Below are positions 13,288 through 26,339 of a stretch of DNA of 64,000 bases, piece after piece. The position numbers were made by a program, and so were the translations under genes. The DNA is taken from NCBI GenBank assembly GCA_951406725.2, contig OX597814.1:98642001-98706000 (forward strand). The letters are read 5' to 3'. Source of the stretch: Octopus vulgaris (lineage: Eukaryota). Under the pieces are notes generated by a model that was not told the DNA's origin, did no database searches, and saw nothing but the letters and a program-made list of their open reading frames with translations. The stretch's first letter is position 1, and every line of letters begins with the position of its first letter.

Positions 13288-13887
13288 ATATTATTATTAG
13301 TTTGGAATACCTTTAACTTTAAATACTTTATCTTATGTAGACGGTTGAATTGACGCCTGTCTGTCCCAGAATGATGAACTGTAAAAATCAACTATGACGT
13401 GATTTAGACCTAGATATGTATCTAACCAATCGAAAACACGCAATAAACAAACTAAAGCAGCCATGAAAGGTCGGGGATGGGTGGCGTAATACCGTAGCTT
13501 TTGTATCTGCGAACCCTTTCTGTTGAGATAATAGATTAGAGTTTAGAATTTGTACTTGCAGCGAAAGCTTAAATAAAAGCGATATTGATCACTAATGACC
13601 ATGAGCTGGAGCTATAATTAATTAATTATTGTTATCTCATGTAATTAGTCAGCAACAGATAAATTATCCTTACAGTTGCTAAGGGACATGTTGAAAATCT
13701 GGAGTTATCCTAACAAGTGGCTAACAACATCACCAAGTTGTGCTGTTATCAGCCTCTAGCGTTGCAGTATTTGTGTTTTGGTGCGGCTGATACACAATCC
13801 CCTAAACTATAATTTCCTCTCTTAAATATTTAACATATAGACATTTAATCCCCGAGACAACACAATTCATTTAATTTCTAACATGTT

Positions 13888-14108
13888 TCTTTATTACCCA
13901 CAAGGGGCTAAACATAGAGGGGACAAACAAAGACAGACAAACGAATTAAGTCGATAACATCGACCCCAGTGCGTAACTGGTACTTTATTTATCTACCCCG
14001 AAAGGATGAAAGGCAAAGTCGACCTCGGTGGAATTTGAACTCAGAACGTAGCGGCAGACGAAATACCGCTAAGCATTTCGCCCGGCGCGCTAACGATGCT
14101 GCCAGCTC
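13888..14108 (-). mobile_element. SINE family B (long-tail subfamily)
   Basis: Reverse complement of the 19840 and 53986 copies. Confidence 0.9.
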
Positions 14109-14671
14109 AATAGTCTAAACAGGCTGCTTTCTGTGACTATCTACATTTTTCGTAAAGTACACACTCTGGCCCTTGTACAATGCACTAACCAGATCTTGTA
14201 TTTTGCAGGACTACCTCATTGTTTCTGAGAATTAAAGTTGTATGGAGCAAGCTATAAATACTTGTTTTCTTTTCAACAAATTACTTCTGGACAATAATAA
14301 TGCAGGTTAGCTGACTAAGATAAATTAATTTTTCCTTCTTCGCCTTTAGTGTGCAATTATTCATTCTGGTTTCAAAAGATTAGGTCGTAGAACTATTAAC
14401 TCAACAAATTACACATCAATTTCCAATTCAGTACACCTTTGTTAAATCTCTGCCTCTTTTCCTTCCTTTTTTTTTTTCTCATAGCTAAATCGCAATGCAA
14501 TATCGTCTTACATAAGAATCAGCGACACGTCAGTGGCAAGATACAAAATTGCAACTGCGTAAATGTAATTTCCGCAATTGTGTAGTAATCTTAATCATTC
14601 GGTCATTAATTACTACTGAAATGTGTCTATTCAGAAAAAAAAAAAGTATTTCATAGGTCGTGAATGAGAAT

Positions 14672-15552
14672 TACGAGTACCCAAAAGAAACCGGAAGTTT
14701 GCAATATTATTTCATTTACTTTGTTTTACATCTTTACACTTTTATCGCCTTCAACGTATTCTCCATTCTAAGCAATGCATCTGTTTAGGCGCGTTTTCCA
14801 CTATTCGAAACAGTGCTAGACCTCTTGTGAAGTGATGCCTTTTAACATCTCCGTGTTTTTTTTTTTTCTTTTTTCTCTTTTTTTTTTGTTGTCACCTCTT
14901 CCACGTCTGAAAATTCCGTAGCACCAGCTTTTGTCACCAGTGCTGATCTTCGAAAGAAGGTTCGGATCAACTTCCAACTATTCTTTCAGCTCACGAAACG
15001 CATTCAGTCGTGACTACTTTTGATCTTCCGTGAGCAAGTGAGACACAAATTTTGCTGCAACTCTTTTCATTTGCAATTCCTCGCTCAAAATTCGTTGGCA
15101 AGAGCTCCACTACACGGTCCTCCAAGATTTGTTCATGAATTTTCATGATATTTTCATTCGTTCGGGAGGTCGACAGTCGTCCTGAACGAGGTAAGTCATT
15201 AAGCGACAAGTGACCATTCCTAAAGCATGGAAACCACTCGTAAACTCGTGTTTTTTCTCATGGCAGTGTCCATGTAAGCTATTTGAAGCATGACAACTGT
15301 TTCGGCCGTTAGTTTCCCCGGCAGAAAACAGAATTTCACGGAAACTCGCTGTCCTTCGTTTTATTCATTGCAAAAATTGACGAACAGGGGAGAAGCACTG
15401 CAAAACAAAGATGCACCAGTACGACCTCAGACGACGACGCTGATAGGTAGACTGATGCTTGAGGGTCGTATCAAGGGTCTTCCAACGGCGGAAGCCTGAA
15501 CTACCACGTGCTTGTCCCACAGAGAACGTTTCCGGTTACTTTTGGGTACTTA
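14672..15552 (-). mobile_element. Internally deleted mariner-like DNA transposon
   Basis: TIRs AGTACCCAAAAG(A/T)AACCGGAA at both ends. Remnants VYEWF..FRNG..SLNDLPRSGRLSTSRTNENI and C-terminal WKTRLNRCIA..GEYVEGD. Confidence 0.85.
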
Positions 15553-16278
15553 CTAACCCGTTTTCTCCTCTAACAGGTTTGTAACATATTTTAACAGCTT
15601 ATCATTACAACGATTTCAAAAACAACACAACCTTCTTTACCATACATTAAGTAATACAGTCAATTGTATTTACATAAGCGTATCATTTGTTTCTATATTT
15701 TATCAATAGTGATCTGTAGTAAAATCAAGCACAATGTGATTTAGACACAGGAATATGAGGTTGATTACTAGATACATAAATTATCTCAAGTGGAATGCAC
15801 TCTTCATATTGTAATATAACAATTTCTAATACAGGCAGAAGGAACAAATTTGTAGAGCAGTGATTTGGTAGATTATGATTGGTTGATATTTTATCTTTGT
15901 CCACTGTTCTCTATTACGTCATAATATGACAATAACTTAACGAATACTAACAGATAATGATAAGAGTATCATGGTAATGTGATTATGTCATTGTCCGTCA
16001 ATAGGACTCTATACAATTAATTGGTATAATCGAGAACTTTCGATAGTGATCATTCTAAGATTAGATAAACCAAATATTTTAAATAACATACAATTAAATT
16101 TTAATATGTGTGCGTGCGTGCGTGCGTGCTTGAGTGTGTATAAAATATTTTTTATCGTTAATCCAATAATATATATTTCGCCTATGGTTCATCACTTATT
16201 CTAAATTGCAGGACATAGCTTCTTTTAGAGCATGTCACCCCACGGAGTATATATATGTATATATTTAAAAAAAATATT

Positions 16279-16420
16279 TTTACTTGTCTCAGTCATTTGA
16301 CTGCGGCCATGCTGAAGCACCACCTTAAAGGGTTTTATCCGAAGAAATCAACCCCAGGATTTATTTGTTAACCCTAGTACTTATTCTGTCAGGCACTTTT
16401 GCTGAACAGATACAAACACA
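16279..16420 (-). mobile_element. SINE family A 3' fragment
   Basis: tacttgtctcagtcatttgactgcggccatgctg matches 725-760. Confidence 0.7.
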
Positions 16421-16440
16421 TTGATATATACATACATATG

Positions 16441-16519
<79 letters not shown>

Positions 16520-16530
16520 ATGTTGACATA

Positions 16531-16633
16531 AGTTCCTTGCTTTTCCTGATGAGAAAGCGGCATAATGTACTCCTTATTCCTTCGCAATTAGGAATATGCA
16601 GCCTTCGAAACATATGTCGAAAATAAAGGAATT
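16531..16633 (+). ncRNA. Type I hammerhead ribozyme motif with minimal palindromic stem III (Penelope-type)
   Basis: TTTTC-CTGATGA-GAAAGCGGCATA...TATGCAGCCTTC-GAAA-CATATG-TC-GAAAA. Core is intact; stem I TTTTC/GAAAA is extendable by TTCCTT/AAGGAA; stem II is long. Confidence 0.7.
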
Positions 16634-16659
16634 TTGTTAATTCGTCGTTCAGCTCCATT

Positions 16660-16736
<77 letters not shown>

Positions 16737-16738
16737 TG

Positions 16739-16769
<31 letters not shown>

Positions 16770-17052
16770 CTGGCACTCCCTCGGTTACGACGACGAGGAT
16801 TCCAGTTGATCCGATCAACGGAACAGCTTAAAGTACGAATGACCGAGCATGTAGTTCTCGGGGAGATTCAGCGTGACAGAATATAACAAAGCTAGCTCTT
16901 TCAAATACAGATACCATTCATTTTTTTCCAGCCAAGTGGACAGGAGCAATGTGAGAGAAAGTGTCTTGCTCAAGGACAAAATGCACCACCAGTTTTCGAA
17001 CTCATAACCTTACGATCACGAGCTGAATACCTTAACCTCTCAGCCACGCGCT
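16770..17052 (-). mobile_element. SINE related to family C
   Basis: Tail GGCACTCCCTCGGTTACGACGACGAGGATTCCAGTTGATCCGATCAACGGAACAGC is the reverse complement of 41870-41925; tRNA-like head at ~17050. Confidence 0.8.
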
Positions 17053-17074
17053 TTCTCTCTCTATATATATATAG

Positions 17075-17524
17075 GAGCAAAACGCCCCTCGTCCAATGGA
17101 CGGTGCTGAGTTGTCAAACATTTAAACCAAATTTTCTCAAAACAACTTTTCCGACCGTCCCATAGGCCTTCCCTTTGAGAAACACTGATTTAACCTAAAT
17201 TTGAGACACCAGCAAAAGAAGAAATAAAGGTAGACTACTTTTCTATTCCAAAGAAAAACGATTTTATTCACACAAATATGCAACCGAAGAGTTTAAAGTA
17301 CCAGTAAGTACATCGCAACAGCTGATGTACTTGCGCGTACAAATGCACGTTCCCACGGCTTAATCGATCGCATTCTCACCTGGAATAGATTTTTGTAATT
17401 TTTTCAAGACTTATACACACCCTGATACCGTCGGTATCTACATATCAAATTTGAGCACAATCAGATGGAGGGTGCCCGAGATCCTAGAAGACACATACAC
17501 AGACAAACAGAACGGATTTTATAT

Positions 17525-17525
<1 letters not shown>
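17075..17525. mobile_element. Non-autonomous Helitron/Helentron-like dispersed repeat
   Basis: The first ~200 bp recur inverted at 56850-57045. The right end read on the minus strand is TATATAAAATCCGTTCTGTTTGTCTGTG, like the Helitron 5' ends elsewhere in this window. Confidence 0.5.
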
Positions 17526-17591
<66 letters not shown>

Positions 17592-18339
17592 CGATGATGA
17601 TGAAGATACAATTGTGGTACGATTCTTTCTTTTTTGTTGTGCAGATAAATGGACTTGGGGGATTTGTGATTTAAACGTCCCTTACTTGATCTCTTTACGG
17701 AGCCCGATTCCGACAGAAGAGAGAAACATTGGAGAATTTGATCCAGTACTTAAACTAGTAGTTTATTCATCGATTCCAAAGAGAATGGTGAAATCAACTA
17801 CTGTGGTATTCGAATTCAGAAGCCAGAGGGCCAGAAAAAAACCCCAGAAAAACATCAGCTATTCAATCCTATATTCTACCGACTCTACCAGTTCGGTGCC
17901 TTGCCTCCGATAACCAATGAATATTCTTCAGTGCATTACTGTTATCTAATCTAGCGTTCCCAGAATAACCAAAAGGAAACATGACTCCCGCAGAATGTCA
18001 CTTCACAATGTTAACTAAGAAACTAAATGCAGTTATACTTTTAGTCTTGCATTCTACCATTTTTGTCGAGTCAGCATCTAAATAACAGTAATGATTTCGA
18101 ACAGACGCATGGCTACGAAATTTTGGTGGACATAGCCGTTAATTGAATTGAACTCGCTAATTGACTGGTACCTATTATATTGACCTCAAAGGAAATGAAA
18201 AGTAAAGTCTACCTTTGTCAACACGTGACGTCACTGACAACGACGGTGACATCGGCGATGACAACGGCAACGATGACAACAACGATGGCGATGAGGATAA
18301 TGATGATGATGATGATGATGATGTTGATGATGATGATAT

Positions 18340-18385
<46 letters not shown>

Positions 18386-19190
18386 CGACGACGACGACGG
18401 TGAGTTTTTAATGTATTTATCATTCTTTACAGGTTATAAAGTGACCGTGATGACCTTCATAAGTTTTGGATTTAACAAAACGCTGAAACCGGCTGGCATG
18501 TTTTTTGCTGCTCGTGAAGACGAAATACGGGGGAAGCGAGAAATGAACAAACAGTAAGGGTAGGAAACAAAAAATTTCAAGAATTTTATTTGCAGTGACC
18601 ATATCCGGATCAAACCGGAACTTCTATCGACCGTTTCAACAAATTGCATTTTTTCCCCTTTTCTTCTAGTTCTTTTTGCATGTCTTTTACTCGTCTTCTC
18701 CCCCTCAACAGGTTTTCTGGCCAACCTATGAATCAGACAAGACTTAAAATGGAATTTTACAGGTGCTGTTTCTTTTTCTTTTCTTTTTCTATGTAATTGC
18801 CATTGTTTGATAAAGGCTTTACCCGCGCGATTACCAAAACACCTTGGCGCAAAGTTTTCACAAGGTGTATTCGAACTGGTATTACAAGATAGTAATATAA
18901 GACGTGATGTTATTTGTTCTGTGCTGTTATTTCCCCTTTTTCTTTGCATAAAAAAATATTTTCCTTCAAGTTATCTGTATTTTCTTACACTTATTGCTAT
19001 TAATGTTCATGTTGTTAAGAAAACTACTCTTCTTCAAGTTCTTAATTCTATTCCTTTACGGTATAACACGAAACGAAACAAGAATATATTTTAAAAAAAC
19101 TGAAACCGTAAAATGTATATTATATCATTAGCATATCATATATTGTTATCAGCGTACGCTCCGGATAAGCATATCTACCATGCAGTTTGG

Positions 19191-19620
19191 GGATCTTTTC
19201 GGTTTGAACGGCAGTTTTTCTAGCGATGTCATATGAAATTGTCACCCATAATTATGACCCTAGTATCGATCCATTACATTTCAATCTGTTTTAGGGTTAA
19301 GGTTAGTTAGAGTTAGGGTTAGGGGTGGGGGGAAGAGTATCTTTTTTTCTTCACAAATGTAAATAAACCCAATCTGTTTTTAAACGAAGGACATATTCAT
19401 ACGGCACAGAATGCTTTTTACCTCAATAGATGTCATTGATTGGTTGAAATTACAGAAATTGAAGAAAAAACAACAAATAGCTTACAAACTATAGAATTTT
19501 CTCAATAAAGCCAAGAGAAAAGGATGTTTTATAAACACATTCTACCAGTATACGAAATTTAAAAGTGTTTAGTTACGTGGAAATTATTTTAAAAAACTGC
19601 CGTTAAAACCGAAAAGATCC
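19191..19620. mobile_element. MITE, second copy of the TTAGGG-containing family
   Basis: Same TIRs and body as 9782-10205. Flanks cagtttgg/cagttttg fit an 8-bp TSD with 1 mismatch. Confidence 0.9.
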
Positions 19621-19839
19621 CAGTTTTGATTCTTGCTTGACACAGTAAGCTCTAACTTCCTTATCTCCTTCCACTAAAGAAAAGGATATTTAAAACTAAT
19701 TAAGATATTAGCGCCAAGATTAATTGAAATAACTCCTTGCTTATTTCGAATCCCATTTAAATAATTTCACTTAACGTCGTCCACAAATTCAGGCAAATCA
19801 TCAACGTCACAATATTTGCTTTCTATTAATACTTCGCTA

Positions 19840-20280
19840 GGGCAGCGAGCTGGCAGAATCGTTAGCACGCCGGGCGAAATACTTTGCTGTATTTCGTCTG
19901 CCGCTACGTTCTGAGTTCAAATTCCGCCGAGGTTGACTTTGCCTTTCATCCTCTCGGGGTCGATTAAATAAGTACCAGTTACGCACTGGGGTCGATATAA
20001 TCGACTTAATCCGTTTGTCTGTCCTTGTTTGTCTCCTCTATGTTTAGCCCCTTGTGGGCAATAAAGAAATAAGAAACGTTAGCACACTGGGCGAAATGCT
20101 TAGCGATATTTCGTCTGCCGCTACGTTCTGAGTTCAAATTCCGCCGAGGTCGACTTTGCCTTTCATCCTTTCGGGGTCGATTAAATAAGTACCAGTTACG
20201 CACTGGGGTTGATATAATCGACTTAATCCGTTTGTCTGTCCTTGTTTGTCCCCTCTATGTTTAGCCTCCTGTGGGAAATA
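19840..20280 (+). mobile_element. Head-to-tail dimer of SINE family B
   Basis: Two near-identical units, 19840-20070 and 20072-20280. Confidence 0.9.
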
Positions 20281-21106
20281 GGTACCTTCTTTCTACTTTG
20301 CTCAAAATTTATCATTTTGAGCCTATGCTCAGAAGTCAGCATTGGCATTTTTCATATTGAAACAAACCCATCTTTTCTATCAGTTATTATTATTGTTGTG
20401 TAGTGTCAATTTACATAAGGTTGAGCAGATCTAAAAAGTGTGCCAGCTTTAAAGATCCAGTCTATATTTTTAGACACTGACTTTGTCCTGTTTAGAGACA
20501 ATAAGGTGTGATATGAGCAAGATTTTGCCTTTATCTGGAGCGGATCAGGCGTTCACGTATAGTCTTCCTCATTTTCTTCTAGAGCTATATGGTTAAATGA
20601 AATTCCAACTCTGGAACTAAATGAACATACTGTGCCCTCTTCTTTCTATCATCCCACAACTGTACGGAAACTAATTTTGGATCTGTTATATAGATAGAGG
20701 GCCATGAATTACAAAGGAAGAATATAATGATGAGCATATTAAAAAGAGTGCTTCGTTCGAACTACTTTGAAATCTGAACAGAAAAAAGGTATAACTGAAT
20801 ACTGGATGGTAGTTTAACGGCATCTCTACCGCTCGGTGAGTCGACATATTGACAAACGACCACTCATTTTGTAGGGAAAGAACATCATCGAATAAAGCCC
20901 CAATCCAATTTCATGCATGATAATTATCTTATCGAATACTCTTGCTAGATTGTCACCTTTAAGGGGTCGGAGATTAGGCGATCAAATCGGCCCTAGTACT
21001 ACATGTGGTACTTATTCAATCGTGATAGTTTTATCAAAACGGTAACTTACGGAAACGCAAATAAAACGACATCGGTTTCCAAGAGATGAGAAGCAAATAC
21101 AAATGT

Positions 21107-21178
<72 letters not shown>

Positions 21179-21720
21179 GTAATTTCTCTACCTTTAGACA
21201 GAATTTTCTATAGTATGTAAACGAAAGTGCCTACACACGACGGAAAGAGGATCAGAGAAACTGTAAACCAAATCCCTTTTTTACTATCTTCATTTCTCCC
21301 TTGTTTTTCCCTCACATAATTCAATATGAGTGAAACTTTGATGATATTCATTTCTTGTCGATCACTACTAACACTAATGAGCTTTGTACATTCAAACAAA
21401 TTGATGCACAGTTTTAATATTATTGACTGTTATGAACATTTAAACTTGTCAGCGTCGAAATTTTTGAACATGTTTTTCTAATTCATAATTCTAAATTTGT
21501 TATGGACATTTTAATTTGTCAACATTGAAACTTTTAAAGATGTTTTTCTAATTCATAATTTCTAATTTTCTAATTGATAAACAAAAAAATATTGTTCAAA
21601 CTAGTGTGGTATATATGTAAATCAATTTATTTTAAACAATTACAAGTTTTTCAAATTTAGGTACATTTTCAACAACAAATTTGCCTATATATATATATAT
21701 GTAAATATATATATATATAT

Positions 21721-21945
21721 TTCTTTACTACCCACAAGGGGCTAAACACAGAGGGGACAAACAAGGACAGACAAACGGATTAAGTCGATAATATAGACCC
21801 CTGTGAACTGGTACTTAATTTATCGACCCCGAAAGGATGAAAAGCAAAGTCGACCTCGGCGGAATTTGAACTCAGAACGTAACGACAGACGAAATACGGA
21901 TACGCATTTCGCCCGGCGTGCTAACGTTTCTGCCAGCTCGCCGTC
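21721..21945 (-). mobile_element. SINE family B (long-tail)
   Basis: Reverse complement of the family B sequence. Confidence 0.9.
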
Positions 21946-21989
21946 TTTGTAAATATATATATATATATGTGTGTGTATGTGTGTCCGTG

Positions 21990-22190
21990 TTTTTTGTATC
22001 GTCTTCTAAATGTTTTACGTTCTTGTCCCAGTTTGTATTTTTCTACATATAATATATATAGCGACGTCCGTACCCTCGTTGGCCTTATGTAAGTACATAT
22101 TCCTGTAAATTTGGTACGACTCTACACACTGTCTCTCTCTCTTCTACATTTCTCTGCCTTTCACACTTTGCACTCTACTTTGATCTGTCC

Positions 22191-22236
<46 letters not shown>

Positions 22237-22888
22237 TTCTCCTCCTTTTCTCTTTTCTTGCCTCTGATTCTTTGGTCTACTCTTTCCCCCACTCTCTCAC
22301 ATTTCTCTGTCTTTCTCACTTTGCACTCACAAGCCAATCCTTGGCACGCACTCTTTCTTCTCCCCTCTTTAATTCCTTCTTTCTCTCTCTTCTCCCCCTT
22401 TGTTGCCTTCGTCCCTCTTTCTCTCTCTCTCTTTGTTTCCTTTGCCCCCTTTCTTTTCTCTCTCTTCTCTCACGTGACCGCTGGTCAAAATCAGCTTTTT
22501 GACCTCCGACCACTGCTGTGAGAACATCGTTGTCTTCGTCTGCCGATAAAGGCATTTTTTCCAAATACGCCAGCTAAACTTGTACTGTTTATTAGTCGTA
22601 AGACACCCGCTGTTTTTGTCCTGTTTTTACCATTATTGTTTTTTGTATTTTATATTCGTGTGGCATCGTCCGTTTTTCTGTCCATGTTTCGTATACATTC
22701 GATCCTTCTTCCAAGAAATCTAATGCTCGTAGCTTAGGTTTTCCTTGGGGCTGGCCGGATCGGAGCGATCTCAAGATTAATCAGCCGAAATTGCTAGGAT
22801 GATCCGGTTCTTGACTGAAGATTTTTTGTATCGTCTTCTAAATGTTTTACGTTCTTGTCCCAGTTTGTATTTTTCTACATATAATATA
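21990..22888 (+). mobile_element. Terminally redundant CT-rich dispersed repeat (family P), copy 1
   Basis: The ~65-bp segment GTATCGTCTTCTAAATGTTTTACGTTCTTGTCCCAGTTTGTATTTTTCTACATATAAT is present at both ends. Body recurs at 33556 and 56328. Confidence 0.75.
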
Positions 22889-22897
22889 TTTATATAC

Positions 22898-23647
22898 TGT
22901 CTGGATGTTTTGCGTTCTTGTCCCATTTTGTATTATATATATATATAGCGGCGCATGTACACTTTGGTCTCTTATATATAAGTATATATCTATCTAAATA
23001 TTGTACGACTCTATTCTTTCTTTCTATCAGCCTTTTCACGCTTATTCATTCATTCCACTCTTCGTTCTTTCGTTTTCTCACATTTCCCTACCTTATCTTC
23101 TTGCTCACTTTCCCTTCTCTTTTCACTTCACTGTGTCCTTGTCATTTATTCTCGCCCCTCCTTAATTCTTCTGTCCCTCTGCCTCTACCGCTCTCTCTTC
23201 TCTCCCCACGTGACCGGTGTTCGGCCAAGCCTGATCTTTCTTTCTTGGTTCGGCCGTCGTCCGTGCAACATCTGCATTCCTCCCTGTGCCTGTAAAATCA
23301 TATATCCCTGCCGTAAGGCTTTATTTCCACTCACGCCAGCTTAATTTAATTCGTCCTTAGTCGAAAGACACCTGTTATGTCCTATTATTTGTATTTGTGT
23401 AACATTTTCTGTTTTTTTCCGTCCTTGGTTTCTTATACGTTCGCTGCTTTCTTCCAAGGAATCTAATGCTCTTGGCTTAGTTTATCCTTGGGGCTTTCCA
23501 GATTGGAGCAAGCCAAAATTGAAAAGATAATCTGGAACTCGACTGAGGAAAGAAAACTCTGAATGACTCGTCCTTGTTTTCTTTGTATCGTCTATCTGGA
23601 TGTTTTGTTGTCCCTAACTGCCTGGATGTTTTGCGTTCTTGTATTTT
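22898..23647 (+). mobile_element. Family P related subfamily, copy 2
   Basis: CTGGATGTTTTGCGTTCTTGT at both ends; same TAGCG start, CACGTGACCG, ACGCCAGCT and AGTCG.AAGACACC landmarks. Confidence 0.7.
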
Positions 23648-23677
23648 ATATATATATATATATATAAATGATGTGTG

Positions 23678-23998
23678 AAGGTGCGTGGCTTAGTGGTTAG
23701 GGGTATTCGGCTCACGATCATAAGGTCGTTAGTTCGATTCCGACTTACTATGTCCTTGAGCAAGACACTTTATTTCACATTCCTCTAGTCCCATCGACCG
23801 GCAAAAATTAGTTGTACCTGAAATTCAAAGGGTTAGCTTTGTCACATTTTGTGTCACGCTGACTCACCTTGAGAACTACGTTATGGGAACGCGTGTCTGT
23901 GAAGTGCTCAACCACTTTCACGTTAGATATTACGAGCAAGCTGTTCCATTGATCGGATCAACTGGAATACTCGTCGACATAACCGATGGAGTGCTAGT
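23678..23998 (+). mobile_element. SINE related to family C
   Basis: GTGGCTTAGTGGTTAG...GTTCGATTCC head; tail matches 41770-41925. Confidence 0.8.
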
Positions 23999-24164
23999 TA
24001 TGAATGTATACTGACATGTGTATGTGTGTGTGAACAAACAAGTCCCTTTCATGGTAGCTTGACATGTTAGGAATACCAATCAATTCTGCCTTATAGTATA
24101 CATTTCTACCTTTTACAAGAAACTGGAATTACAGGACATCTTTGCTAGTTATAGCATATATTAG

Positions 24165-24372
24165 TTTCAAATTTTGGCGCAAAGCCAACAATTTTGTGGG
24201 AGAGTGCAAGCCAATTACATCGCCCTCAGTGCTCAGCTGGTATTTACTTTGTCGACCCCTAAAAGGATGACAATCAACGTCGACCCCGGTGGCATTTCAA
24301 CTCAGAATATGAAGTCAGAAGACATAACGCTAAGTAATTCTTCCGGTGCGGTAGCAATTCTGCCAGCTTGCT
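24165..24372 (-). mobile_element. Diverged SINE family B
   Basis: gtcgacccctaaaaggatgacaatcaacgtcgaccccggtggcatttcaactcagaa. Confidence 0.65.
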
Positions 24373-24572
24373 GATTGTAATATAGTACATATTGAAGCAC
24401 AACTTAAAAAATGTTGCCTCTGACCTTTAACGGTATTTCTCTCCTCCTACACTACAATTCCATCGAAGTGTGCTTCAAGTAAGAACTCTGTATATATGTA
24501 TATATATATATCTATATATATATATATATAGATAGATAGATATATAGATATATATATATGTATGTATATATG

Positions 24573-24631
<59 letters not shown>

Positions 24632-24767
24632 CTATATGTATATATATATATGTATATATGTATGTATATGTGTGTGTGTGTGCGTGTGTGTGTATATATA
24701 TATATGTACACACACACACATATCCCTTCATCTTTCTGTATTCGTGTCTGTCCGTCTCTCTCTCTCA

Positions 24768-24821
<54 letters not shown>

Positions 24822-25510
24822 AGTTCGTATTCATTTTCCTTTTCTTTTTTTTCCTGCTTCCCTGACGTGTTTCGTATTTTCTCTTTCGACTTTCTTTTCT
24901 CCTCCACCATCCTCTCTTTCTCTCTCTCCCCCCACCCATTTCTCTCTCGTCTCTGAACTGTACTTTCTCCCTTGCGTGTACGCTCGCTCTTGTACGCAGA
25001 CTCACACTTACTTGCGCGTAACACATACACAAACCCTCACAGACTTACACACAAACAGACTCGCGTGCGCGCCAAAAACTTGCACGTTCACGCTTTCCCC
25101 ACTTTTTGTCCTTTTTCTAATTTTCATTCGTCTTTTCTCTATCACGATTTCTCTTACTCGTTCCCTCTTTCCTTCTTCCTTCTCTCTTTCTTCTCTCTTT
25201 CTTTCCATCTCTCTCTCTCTGCTCCCATATCTCACTTCCTACAGCAAACTTTTTTCTATGATTCTCCTCAAGCGGAGTCAAGTTTCAAGAGCATTCTTTG
25301 TAACGGGATATTACATGGCAAGCGAACAGTTGTATTGATTCATAAACAATAAATCGGTCATTCCTTTTTGCTGTTGTTACAGATTCATTTGTGCTATTTC
25401 TGTCTGATGAATTTGAGATGAAGCTTTGGCTCCTTCCTTTATCATTCGATTCGCCTTGAAATTGGAAGCCATTTTTGTCTCGACGGTCGTCCGTAGTAAC
25501 TTATCCTGTT

Positions 25511-25557
<47 letters not shown>

Positions 25558-25566
25558 ATATATATA

Positions 25567-26223
25567 TCTTTATATATAAAAGTGAAGTTGTGTGTCTGTC
25601 TCCTACGATTTAGATTCCTAACTACTCCCACATTTTGCGGTGCAGTTTAACCAAAAGCGGATATCTTATAGTCGTGATTCATATCAAGCCCTCCTGGGTA
25701 TTAGCGCGCGTCTACAATGAGTCTACGATTTAAAAAAAAAATTACCATCATTTTTTCCCATTTTTAATGCATTTTTTGCTATTATATAAGGGAAGTAACT
25801 CTTTAAAACTGCTTATATAGTTATTTCCCTTACAAACTCGAGCAACGCCGGGCGATACTGCTAGTATATATATAAAGCTGAAGTTGTCTGTGTATGGCAG
25901 GTTTGGTAGCCTTCAACTGACACAATCTCCTCCGAGACCCTGCGGCGCAAGTTGACCAAAATTGAGAGTATGATAGAAGACTTGCTCTTCCGTCCGTAGA
26001 AGAAAAAAATTCAAATCGGACCATATTAACACCAAAAATCATTTACATCAAAAAGATGCTTTTTTTTTTCTATGAAAATGCCTATTTCTTACGATTTTTT
26101 GACTGCTGTGTCGCCATTTTTCGGTATATTTCAACCAGCTACATAATGCAAAATTTTTACTTTTCAAAAAGTCCAATTCTAAAAGGTCGAAACAAACCCG
26201 AGCAAAACCGGGCGATACTGCTA

Positions 26224-26224
<1 letters not shown>
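25567..26224 (+). mobile_element. Two tandem non-autonomous Helitrons (25567-25864, ~25865-26224)
   Basis: 5' a|TC..TATATAAAA; each ends in hairpin CCCGAGCAACGCCGGG then CTAG|t. Confidence 0.85.
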
Positions 26225-26301
<77 letters not shown>

Positions 26302-26339
26302 TGAAGAGCTTTGTTGTGTAAGGTCAGAAAAATGCGAGA

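Noticed and set aside
24447-25338. Long YI/CV/HT-rich ORFs (also 33842-34253, 37303-37635, 55127-56296 and others)
   Set aside because: Translations of (TA)n, (TG)n and (TATG)n microsatellites.
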